From positions 72,356,001 through 72,420,000 of the forward strand of contig OZ076409.1 in the NCBI GenBank assembly GCA_964187785.1: DNA of 64,000 nucleotides. Reading direction: 5' to 3'. This DNA is from Amphiscolops sp. MND2022 (lineage: Eukaryota). Both the position numbers and the translations under genes were made by a program. The notes under the pieces were generated by a model. It saw only the letters and a list, made by a program, of their open reading frames with translations. It ran no database searches and had not been told where the DNA came from. Below are positions 52,659 to 64,000 of this stretch, in pieces. The stretch's first letter is position 1. Each line of letters starts with the position of its first letter.

Positions 52659-54642
52659 GTGGGCGGGGGTAATTCCCCAACAAAAATTACGGCCGGCGGG
52701 TTGGGTCCTGCCGGACGTCAAATAGCAAAGAATATCTAGTAGGAAACGGCGACACAGAATCGCGATTTTTAAATCTAACCACAATTTTTTGGACTTGGAG
52801 TGCATGCGGCCCTGAAATGTCCATACGAATCGAAGTTCCTGCTGACGTTAAGCGATTGAAATAATATATAAAAAGTTATGGCCCATTTTTCACTCACATA
52901 GAAGGGTAAAATGAGGAAATTTTTAACAAAGTCGCTGATAACTCAAAATGTGTTAATTTTTGGACATTGACTGTGAAACAAGCTTGGAACCTTCATTTCG
53001 TGGCTGTGGCATTGCACTGAACACAAAAGATGTAAAGTTTTTACATTTTTTGAAAATTCGACTTTTTTGAAATTTTTTTCACTACTATCAGTACCCCATA
53101 TGTCAAAAACGCCTCAGAAAAAAATTTTTATTTGCTTTAAATTGGAAACCTTGGTATTCATGGTTTCTGTCGGAACCTACTCGCAGCCAAACACCCAACA
53201 GTTTGCATCCAAAGTGAAAATAAATTTTTTTTCGGGGTCATAAGCGTTTCACAAAGATTTCTCAACTTAGTATTAATTTACAAAATGGTCATTTTGAACA
53301 CAATATTTTCATCGAGGCATGTCGACTATAGTCCTATTGCTCACGAACGGTCCTACTGGCAACGTAATAACCATTTATAGAAATGTAAAGTTATACAAAA
53401 AAATTTTTCACCCGGTCTTCAGTCATTTTTCAGTCATTCGGAACTTAACTTAGAAAAATTTCGACCAAAATACCCATTTTTTGTCAGGTCGAAAATTCAA
53501 ATTCAGATTTTTAAGCAAAAATATTAACTCTGACGTAACCCATGGGGCCCATGATACTCAAAACAACGATTGACACTGGTATCAATGGCTCCAATAACAT
53601 ATGAGTCGCGATAAGACGTTATTTGGAGCAATACGTCTCAATTGAGGTAAAGATCTCGCAAGCCAGCGATCACTGTGAAATGTGATTTCATCAAAAATTT
53701 ACTCATTTTTGTCAATCAATATGTGTACAGAATGCGTAGGGTGCGTTTCAGCACTATAATGAGCTTTTTGAAGGCATCGAGTTGCTCAAGGGGTGGTATG
53801 AGACATTTTTGTCCCATATACCACTGTATTTTCCAAAATTTTTAGCCCAATATCTGGAAATACAAACTTGACAAAATACTTTCAACTACTTTATTCAAAG
53901 GTTACAATATAGATGAACACTGTGGTTGATCAGAAACTTTCATCTCTTTCGTTTTCCGAAATAATTCCCTTCGCATGTGTTACATTTGTAACAGAAAAAA
54001 CCCAAAACTAAAAATTACGCTATTTTGCTAATATGGAATCGCAATTATTGTGCCTAAAAATGCTTTAAACATTTCTAACGCGACCTTACGCACCCAAAAT
54101 GATCGAAAATGCTATTCACAATGGTGACATGTGCTCTTTCTACGATCCTGGCTGAACAAGTTTTGCATATTGTTCAAGTACCTGTCAGTTGAATTTTGTG
54201 ATAGCCTTTCAAGTTGGCCTTGCGTCAACTTTGGAAGGCTATCACATCAAAAACTTTTCATCAAAAATCTTTTTTGTTTCTTGGATATTACAGTCGATAC
54301 CTTTTTTCGTGATTCTATACTACCGTTAGTATATTCCATGAGGTCACCTTACGATTGCATTCAGTCTTTGATAAAAACCTATGAACACAAAGTCACAAAA
54401 AATATATTTTTTGCCCAGCAAAATCATCAAAAATATCTAAAATATACAAAATATAGTCTTTACCTTTTTTACGTTTCAAGTTTCTGCCGTTATTAGGCCA
54501 ATCAACGTCCTAGAGCCACATCCTGTCATACTGTACAACGCCACATAGTGTTGCGACGTGCACAGTCTGTGGGCATGCCGAGGCATGCCCTTCGACGACG
54601 TATGCCGAATACCGCGGGCCTACGCCCGCGCTCCCCGGCTAG
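52659..54642 (+). mobile_element. Unit 21, family A (1984 bp)
   Basis: Standard termini and family A body. Confidence 0.78.
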
Positions 54643-56627
54643 GTGGGCGGGGGTAATTCCCCAACAAAAATTACGGCCGGCGGGTTGGGTCCTGCCGGAC
54701 GTTCAAATAGCGCGAAGCATCTAGTAGAAAACAAGGAGTCCTGAAACAGCGATTTTAAAATTGAACCGTTAGAATTTGGTTTTAGATTGCATGCGGCCCT
54801 AAAATCCCCATACGAATGGAAGTTCCTGCTGGCGTTAAGCGATTGAAATAATATATAAAAAGTTATGGCCCATTTTTGGGTCACCGAGAAGGTCAAAATG
54901 AAGAAAATTTTAACTAAGTTGCTGATAACTCAAAATGTGTTAATTTTTGGACTTTGACTGTGAAACAAGCTTGGAACCTTCATTTCGTGGCTGTGGCATT
55001 GCACTGAACACAAAAGATGTAAAGTTTTCACATTTTTTGAAAATTCGACATTTTTGAATTTTTTTTCACTAGTATCAGTACCCCATATGTCAAAAACGCC
55101 TCAGAAAAAATTTTTATTTGCTTTAAACTTGAAACCTTGGTATCCATGGTTTCTGTCGGAACCTACTCGCTGCCAAACACCCAACAGTTTGCATCCAATG
55201 TGAAAATAAATTTTTTTTCGGGGTCATAAGCGTTTCACAAGGATTTCACAACTTAGTATTAATTTACAAAATGGTCATTTTGAACACAATATTTTCATCG
55301 AGGCTTGTCGGCTATAGCCTTAATGTTCTAGAACGGTCCCACTGACAACGTAGGAACCATTTATAGTAATAGAAAGTTTTAAAAAAATATTTTCACCCGG
55401 TCTTCAGTCATTTTTCAGTCATTCGGAACTTAACTTAGAAAAATTTCGACCAAAATACCCATTTTTTGTCAGGTCGAAAATTCGAATTCAGATTTTTAAG
55501 CAAAATTAATAACTCTGACGTAACCCATGGGGCCCATGATACTCAAAACAACGATTGACACTTGTATCAATGGCTCCAATAACATATGAGTCGCGATAAG
55601 ACGTTATTTTGAGCAATACGTCTCAATTGAGGTAAAGATCTCGCAAGACAGCGATCACTGTGAAATGCGATTTCATCAAAAATATACTCATTTCTGTCAA
55701 TCACTATGTGCACAGAATGCGTAGGGTGCGTTTCAGCACTATAATGAGGTTTTTGAAGGCATCGAGTTGCTCAAGGGGTGGTATGAGACATTTTTGTCCC
55801 ATATATCACTGTATTTTCCAAAATTTTTAGCCCAATATCTGGAAATACAAACTTGACAAATTACTTTCAAATACTTTATTCAAAGGTTACAATAGAGATG
55901 AACACTGTGGTTGATCAGAAACTTTCATCTCTTTCGTTTTCCGAAATATTTCTCTTCGCATGTGTTACATTCGTAGCACAAAAAAAAACCGAAACTGAAA
56001 AATACGCAATTTTGCTAATATAGAATCGCAATGATTGTGCCTAAAAACTCTTTAAACACTTCTAACGCGACCATACGCACTCAAAATGATCGAAAATGCT
56101 ATTCACAATGGTGACAAGTGCTCTTTCTACGATCCTGACTGGACAAGGTTTGCATATTTTTCAAGTACCTGTCAGCTAAATCTTGTGATAGCCTTTTCAG
56201 TTGGCCTTGTGTCAACTTGGGAAGGCTATCACATCAAAAAACCATCAACAAAAATAATTCTTGTTTATTGGATCTTACAGTCGATACTTTTTTCGTGATT
56301 CTATACTACCGTTAGTATATTTCATCAGGTCACCTTACGATTGCATTCAGTCTTTGATAAAAACCTATGAACTCAAAGTCACATTTATATATTTTTTTGC
56401 CAAAAAAACATCAAAAATATCTAAAATATTTGAAATAGAGTCTTTAACATTTTTACGTTTCAAGTTTCTGCCGTTATTAGGCCCATCAACTTCCTACAGC
56501 CACGCTCTCTGTCATTAGTACAACGCCACATAGTGTTGCGACGTTCACGGTCTGTGGGCATGCCGAGGCATGCCCTTCGACGACGTATGCCGAATACCGC
56601 GGGCCTACGCCCGCGCTCCCCGGCTAG
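54643..56627 (+). mobile_element. Unit 22, family A (1985 bp)
   Basis: First ~430 bp matches units 2 and 7; the remainder is another A variant. Confidence 0.78.
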
Positions 56628-58598
56628 GTGCGGGGGGGTAACCCCAACAAATATATTGGAGGATTCGGGTAGGGTCCTGAATCCGATTTTAACTCTAATA
56701 GCTATCGATAGGAAATTAAGCAAAAATTTCGGGATCTCGTGATCTAACCATAGGATTTTAAAGTTGGAGCGGCCCCCACCAGATTTTCCGAAAATTAGCG
56801 CCCCCCACCGGGTTCCATACCCCGGAAAATTTTTTTCTGGCCACACGGGCGACCGTTAGGGGGTCATTTTAGGGGTAAAATTCATATTGGGCCACATAAC
56901 TTTTTTTCTGTTGATTTAAAACTTTAGGACCCTGCTAAAAGTTTCTTGACCATGTTGCGGGGGCTCCGGAGGTCCAAACCAATTTTTTCTATCTTGAAGC
57001 TATCTCCAAGTACCCCCCCGCCCAAACCGTTATTTTTCCGGAAACGCCGGTTTTTGACCCGGAAGGAGTCGTCTGAGCGCGGGGTCGTTAGGTGATGTTT
57101 TGGGGACGGCCTCGAGACGAAGCGGGGGATATATAGTTTGCCGACCCCAGTTTACCCCCCGCACGGGAAATGACCTTTATGTGAGCGGGAAAAATGCCCC
57201 CCTCCACGTTTTACCGCTATTTCCGGTGTGAAGGAGTGGGAGTAGCGCGTCGGGTGTTATATAACAAAAGTAGGTTTAGACAAGGACCTATCGGAAACAT
57301 GTAGTTTGGGACCCCCTGGACCAACCCGTTAGCGGGAAATGGGGCTTCCGCCTCCTTTTTTTACTGCTAAAACCGTAAAATGGGCATTGAGGGGTAAATA
57401 TCTCGTGAACGCGTGGAGCAATCGTGTCCATCACTTCTACAAGGTTTCATACCCATGATATGGTGCCTTTAGGGGGGCAAACAGATTTCCGCTATCTATC
57501 ACCGTTACCGACTTGGCCCCCCAGCCTAACCGCTATGTGACCGGAAATGTCACTTTTTGAGCCCAAAGGGTCGGTCCCAGCCGGGGAACGTTAGGTAACT
57601 TATTGTAGTACTCAATGAGACGAGTTGGGGGACATAGTTTCAGTCACCCCCCGTTACCCCTTGGGACCGGAAATGACCGTAATGTGGGTAAAATTGCAAT
57701 TTTTATACTTTTTCAAGTGTATTTAGGTGCGGGAGGAGTGGTAATAGGTGCTTGGACACTATATGAGGTAAGGGAGGACGTGAGGCGAGCATTCGGAAAT
57801 AACCGTTATGTTGACCCTAAAGTCCCCCTGGTACCGTAAACGACCGGAAATGGTCAAATTTTGTGTCTATTGGGTACAAATGTTTTGTATTTTGTAGATA
57901 AAAGTATCTATTAGGTGTTTCGACGGTCTACAGTAGTGAACATAGTCATGAAACCTTGTGGGGGGTAACGGTATATAGCACCGGAAGTCAAACCGTTGGA
58001 GACAGGATAGGTTTTTTGGTTTTAAAATGTCTTTCGGCGTAATTTTTTCGACTCTTGTGGACTATTTTTAAAAATTAAAGTTTTTCCATATAGTTTCAGA
58101 GACTCCGAAACCTCAACCAACATAACCGTTACCTTATGATAGCCTTTCAAGTTGGCCTGGTGTCAACTTGGAAGCGCTATCCTTCTGAAATCGTTAATCA
58201 AGAGTGTTTTTGGGTAGGTATATATTGCATTAGTACCAATTAGAGCTTCATCAACAGTGTATCAACGACAAAAACTATGCCGTCATGATTCCGTTATTAG
58301 AATCATAGTGAGCAAATTGTTGAAAAAAATGGTTTTTTCCATACAAAATGTGTCCTAAATGCCAGGAAACCTATTTACCTAACAAATGGTATTAATTGGA
58401 ATGTTTGTAACAGATTTATAAAAGTTCAAATTGAATATTACATTTCATTATGGAAGCTGAAACGTCATATTTTAGTTTAATTAACGTCAACGCCACACAC
58501 TTTACATCAACGCCCACCGTCTGTGGGCATGCCGAGGCATGCCCTTCGACGACATATACCAAATACATACCTAACGACGCCCGTACATGCCGGGCTAG
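56628..58598 (+). mobile_element. Unit 23, family C (1971 bp)
   Basis: Homologous to unit 4. Terminal hairpin GCCCG-TACATGC-CGGGC overlaps the CTAG. Confidence 0.75.
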
Positions 58599-60585
58599 GT
58601 GGGCGGGGGTAATTCCCCAACTAAAAATTCGGCCGGCGGGTCGGGTCCTGCCGGCCGTCCAAAATCAAAATCCTCCTAGTAGAAAACGGCATGTCAAACG
58701 AGCTATTTTTTTATTTAACCGTTAGAATTTGGGTTTAGATTGCATGCGGCCATGAAATGGCCATACGAATCGAAGTTCCCGCTGACGTTTTGCGATTGAA
58801 ACACTTTATAAAAAGTTATGGCCAATTTGTCAGTCACCTAGAAGGGCAAAATGAGGAAAATTTTAACAAAGTCGCTGATATCTCAAAATGTGGTAATTTT
58901 TGGACTTTGACTGTGAAACAAGCTTGGAACCTTCATTTCGTGGCTGTGGCATTGCATTGAACACAAAAGCTGTAAAGTTTTCACATTTTTTGAAAATTCG
59001 ACATTTTTGAATTTTTTTTCAATACTATCAGTACCCCATATGTCAAAAACACCTCAGAAAAAAATTTTTATTTGCTTTAAATTGGAAACCTTGGTATCCA
59101 TGGTTTCTGTCGGAACCTACTCGCAGCCAAACACCCAACAGTTTGCATCCAATGTGAAATAAAAAATTTTTTCGAGGTCATAAGCGTTTCACAAGGTTTT
59201 CATGATTTAGTATTAAATTACATAGTGGTCATTTTAAACATAAAATTTTGGTCCAGGCATGTCGGATATAGTCTGAATGCTCACGAACGGTCCTACTGGC
59301 AACGTAGGAACCATTTATAGTAATAAAAAGTAATAAAAAATTTTTTTCACCCGGTCTTCAGTCATTTTTCAGACATTCGGAACTTAACTTAGAAAATTTT
59401 CGAACCAAATACCCATTTTTTGTCAGGTCGAAAATTGAAATTCAGCTATTAAAGCAAAATTTTTTACTCTGACGTAACCAGTGGGGTCCATGATACTCAA
59501 AAATACGATTGGGACTGGTACCAATGGCTCCTATATCATATGAGCCGCGATAAGACGTTATTTTGAGCAATACGTCTCAATTGAGGTAAACATCTCGCAA
59601 GCCTGGGATCACAGTGAAATGTAATTTCATCAAAAAATTACTCATTTTCGTCAATCACTATGTGCATAGAGTGGGTAGGGTGAGTTCCAACACTATAATG
59701 AGGTTTTTGAAGGCATCGGGTTGCTCAAGGGGTGGTATGAGTCATTACTTTCCTATATACAACTGTATTTTCAAAATTTTTTAGCCCATTATCTGGAAAA
59801 ACTAACTTGACAAAATACTTTCAATTACTTTATTCAAAGGTTACAATATAGATGAACCCTGTGGTTGATCAGAAACTTTCATCTCTTTCGTTTTCCGAAA
59901 TAACTCCTTTCAAATGTGTTACATTTGTAGCAGGAAAAAAAACTGAAACTAAAAAATACGCTATTTTGCTGAGATAGAATCGCAATGGTTGCGCCTAAAA
60001 TCTCTTTAAATACTTCTAACGCGACCTTACGGACCCAAAATGATTGAAAATGCCATTCACAAGGCTGACATGTGCTCTTTCTACGATCCTGGCTGGACAA
60101 GTTTTGCATTTTTTTCAAGTACCTGTTAACTGAACATTGTGATAGCCTTTCAAGTTGGCCTTGTGTCAACTTGGGAAGGCTGTCACATCAAAAAACTGTC
60201 AACAAAAATACCATTTGTTTATAAGATATTGCTGTCGATGCTTCACTTCGTGATTCGATCATGTCGTGAGTTCCTTCCATCAGGTCAGCTAACATTTGGA
60301 TTCAGTGTTTGATAAGAACCTATGATTTTCATGACAATTTTATTTTTTTTGCAAACAAAAAGTACAAATAAGTGATATAAAACATATTTGTAACCTCTAG
60401 GAAGTTTAACTTTACCTTTCTTTACCGTTACCATCACCACCCACCCCCTACGACCTTGCAGTGTCCTCATTACAACGCCACATAGTGTAGCGACGCCCAC
60501 AGTCTGTGGGCATGCCGAGGCATGCCCTTCGACGACGTATGGCAAATGGAGCCATGCCCGCCGTCTTTACGGCGGTAGCGGCTAG
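58599..60585 (+). mobile_element. Unit 24, family A subfamily (1987 bp)
   Basis: Body resembles unit 10, the 5' end resembles unit 19, and the terminal hairpin is identical to that of L units 5 and 15. Confidence 0.78.
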
Positions 60586-62578
60586 GTGCGGGGGGGAAAC
60601 CCCAACTTTTTTCTTGGAGGAATCGGGTAGGGTCCTGATTCCGAGTTCAGTGCCGCCAGCTATCGTTAAAAACCCATACCTTTTAAACCCGATCTCGGGA
60701 ACTAACCACGCCCCTTCTTTAATTTTTTGGCCCCCACTCACTTTTTGAGAGTAGATCGCCCCCCACTGGGTTCCAAGTTGGGCAAAAATGGAGGTCATGG
60801 GTAACGGGGACCGTTAAGGGGTAACTCAGGGGGTAAAATTTATTTTTTGCGTCATATCTTTTCCCCCCGTGGATTTAGCGCTTCCGGTCAGCAGACAAAA
60901 CCTCATGTACGTGATACGGGGCCTCCGTAGGTCCAAACAAAATTTTTCTATCATGCACCGTTACGGACTTGCCCCCCCGGCCCAACCGTTATTTTGCCGG
61001 AAATTGCACTTTTTGACCGGGAAGGAGTCGTCTGAGCCTGGAGTCGTTTGGTAATGTTTTGTAGTGCATCTGGAGACGTGTTGGGGGACATGTAGTTTGC
61101 CGGCCCCAGTTTACCCCCCGGACGGGAAATGACCGTTATGTGAGTTTTAAAATTACCCCCCTTCAATTTTCCCCGTTATTTCCGGTGTGAAGGAGTGGGA
61201 GTAGCGTGTCGGGTGCCATATATCAAAAGTAGGTTTAGACAAGGACCAACCGGAAACTTGTGGTTTGGGACCCCCTGACCCAACCCGTTAGCCGTTATAT
61301 GGGTGATCGCCTCCTTTTTTTACTCTCAAAACCGGAAAACGGGCATTGAGGGGTAAATATCTCGTGAACGCGTGGAGCAATCGTGTCCATCACTACTACA
61401 AGGTTTCATACCCATGATATGGTGCCTTCAGGGGGGCAAACAGATTACCGCTATCTATCACCGTTACGGACTTGGCCCCCCAGCCCAACCGCTATGTGAC
61501 CGGAAATGTCACTTTTTGAGCCCAAAGGGTCGGTCCCAGCCTGGGAACGTTTGGTAACTTATTGTAGTACTCATTGAGACGAGTTGGGGGACATAGTTTC
61601 AGTCACCCCCCGTTACCCCTTGAGACCGGAAATGACCGTTATGTGAGTAGAATTGCAATTTTTATACCTTTTGAAGGGCATTTAGGTGCGGAAGGAATGG
61701 TAATAGGTGCTTGGACACTATATGATGTAATGGAGGTCGTGAAGAGAGCGTTCGGAAATAACCGTTATGTTGACCCCAAAGTCCCCCTGGTACCGTAAAT
61801 GACCGGAAATGGTCAAATTTTGTGTTTAAAGGGTACAAATGTTTGGTGTTTTATGGATAAAAGTACCTGGAAGATGTTTTAAAGGCCTCCAGAAGTGAAC
61901 ATAGTCATGAAACCTTGTGGGGGGTAACGGTATATAGCACTGTAAGTCCAAACCGTTGGTCACAGAATAGGTTTTTTGGTTTCAAAATGTCTTTAGGCGT
62001 AGTTATGTGGGTTGAATTGTCATAATATCAACTAATACGGACTTTTTTGGGAAAAAAATTTTTTCACATTAGTTTCAGGGACCTACAATGCTTCAGTCAA
62101 CATAACCGTAACATTTTGATAGCCTTTCAAGTTGGCCTGGTGTCAACTTGGAAGGGCTATCCTTCTAAAATCGTTAATCAAGAGTTTTTTTGGATAGGTA
62201 TATGTTGCATTAGTACCAATTAGAGCTTCATCAACAGTTTGCCAACGGCAAAACAATGTCGTGATAATTCCGTTATAAGAATAACAGTTAACAAATTGTT
62301 TACAAAGTTGATTTTTCCCATTCAAAATGTGTCCAAATGCCACCAAATTGAATAAAATAATAAATGGTATTGACTAAAACTAACTAACATTGAAAAAGAA
62401 GCTCAACATTGTTAATAGGTCTCATTATGGAAGCTGAAACCTCACGTTTTAGTTTAATTAACGTCAACGCCACATACTTTACATCAACGCCCACCGTCTG
62501 TGGGCATGCCGAGGCATGCCCTTCGACGACGTATAACAAACACCTTTAATATCTACACCCACCCGCGGTAGCAGCTAG
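60586..62578 (+). mobile_element. Unit 25, family C (1993 bp)
   Basis: 3' half is near-identical to unit 4; the 5' part is closer to unit 17. Confidence 0.75.
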
Positions 62579-64000
62579 GTGGGCGGGGGTAATTCCCCAA
62601 CAAAAAAATCGGCCGGCGGGTCGGGTCCTGCCGGCCGTCCAAAATCAAAATCCTCCTAGTAGAAAACGGCATGTCAAACGAGCTATTTTTTTATTTAACC
62701 ATTAGAATTTCACCATTTTTTGCATGCGGCCCTGAAATGGCCATACGAGACGAAGTTCCTGCTGACGTTTTGCGATGTAAATGTTTTATAAAAAGTTATG
62801 GCCGATTTGTCATTCACCTAGAAGGGTAAAATGAGGAAAATTTTAACAAAGTCGCTGATAACTCAAAATGTGTTAATTTTTGGACTTTGACTGTGAAACA
62901 AGCTTGGAACCTTCATTTCGTGGCTGGGGCATTGGACTGAACACAAAAGATGTAAAGTTTTTACGTTTTTTGAAAATTCGACATTTTTGAAATTTTTTTC
63001 ACTACTATCAGTACCCCATATGTCAAAAACACCTCAGAAAAAAATTTTTATTTGCTTTAAATTGGAAACCTTGGTATCCATGGTTTCTGTCGGAACCTAC
63101 TCGCAGCCAAACACCCAACAGTTTGCATCCAATGTGAAAATAAAAATTTTTTCGGGGACATAAGCGTTTCACAAGGTTTTCATGTTTTAGTATTAAATTA
63201 CATAGTGGTCATTTTAAACATAAAATTTTGGTCCAGGTATGTCGGATATAGTCTGAATGCTCACGAACGGTCCTACTGGCAACGTAGGAACCATTTATAG
63301 TAATGAAAAGTAATAAAAAAATTTTTTTAACCGGTCTTCAGTCATTTTTCAGACATTCGGAACTTAACTTAGAAAATTTTCGAACCAAATACCCATTTTT
63401 TGTCAGGTCGAAAATTGAAATTCAGCTATTAAAGCAAAATTTTTTACTCTGACGTAACCAGTGGGGTCCATGATACTCAAAAATACGATTGGGACTGGTA
63501 CCAATGGCTCCTATATCATATGAGCCGCGATAAGACGTTATTTTGAGCAATACGTCTCAATTGAGGTAAACATCTTGCAAGCCTGGGATCACAGTGAAAT
63601 GTAATTTCATCAAAAAATTACTCATTTTCGTCAATCACTATGTGCAGAGAGTGGGTAGGGTGAGTTCCAACACTATAATGAGGTTTTTGAAGGCATAGGG
63701 TTGCTCAAGGGGTGGTATGAGTCATTACTTTCCTCTATACAACTGTATTTTCAAAAACTTTTAGCCCATTATCTGGAAAAATTAACTTGACAAAATACTT
63801 TCAATTAATTTATTCAAAGGTTACAATATAGATGAACACTGTGGTTGATCAGAAACTTTCATCTCTTTCGTTTTCCGAAATAACTCCTTTCAAATGTGTT
63901 ACATTTGTAGCAGGAAAAAAAAACTGAAACTAAAAAATACGCGATTTTGCTGAGATAGAATCGCAATGGTTGCGCCTAAAATCTCTTTAAATACTTCTAA
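62579..64000 (+). mobile_element. Unit 26, family A subfamily (3'-truncated by window)
   Basis: 5' end resembles units 5, 11 and 14; the body resembles units 10 and 24. Confidence 0.72.

Larger units (their letters stand above)
1..64000 (+). repeat. Heterotypic head-to-tail array of 26 non-autonomous, Helitron-like units
   Basis: There are 25 GCTAGGTG junctions, with CTAG ending at 1645, 3634, 4901, 6893, 11663, 16426, 18415, 20402, 21681, 23671, 25658, 27643, 29630, 31619, 36383, 38377, 41167, 45928, 50677, 52658, 54642, 56627, 58598, 60585 and 62578. Each is preceded by the GGCATGCCGAGGCATGCC core. All are in the same orientation, with no intervening unique DNA. Confidence 0.95.

Noticed and set aside
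134..62346. Short ORFs in the six-frame track (60-197 aa), many recurring
   Set aside because: They recur only because the DNA is repeated. Homologous copies are broken by stops and frameshifts, composition is low-complexity F/K/I/L, and I recognise no domain (no HUH Rep, helicase, recombinase or RT motifs).
1574..62521. CRISPR-like array of a conserved palindromic repeat
   Set aside because: The intervening sequences are 1.2-4.7 kb and mutually homologous, not 25-50-bp unique spacers, and there are no cas genes.

Overview
The whole 64 kb is non-coding, AT-rich and probably eukaryotic. It is an uninterrupted, same-orientation, head-to-tail array of 26 units (24 complete, 2 truncated by the window edges), with no host DNA between them. 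All 25 junctions read GCTAG|GTG. Every unit end in the window carries a conserved block: CAACGCC..., then the 20-bp palindrome RGGCATGCCGAGGCATGCCY, then TTCGACGAC, usually a GC-rich hairpin, then CTAG. This resembles a Helitron (rolling-circle) 3' terminus. Every unit start is GTG followed by a stem-loop with a T(A/C/T)GGG(T/G) loop. Unit bodies belong to at least five types, which I label A (~1.99 kb, AT-rich), C (~1.99 kb and 2.79 kb, more GC-rich), L (~4.76 kb, with internal 336-bp repeats), S1 and S2 (~1.27 kb). The order is shuffled: A A S1 C L L A A S2 A A A A A L A' C' L L A A A C A C A. Near-identical units sit beside different neighbours, unrelated bodies converge on the same lengths, and several hairpins keep their structure while changing sequence. 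My best interpretation (inference) is a cassette-like array of non-autonomous rolling-circle elements that insert precisely at each other's junctions. I see no credible protein-coding gene, transposase, rRNA, tRNA or CRISPR. All comparisons were made by eye.
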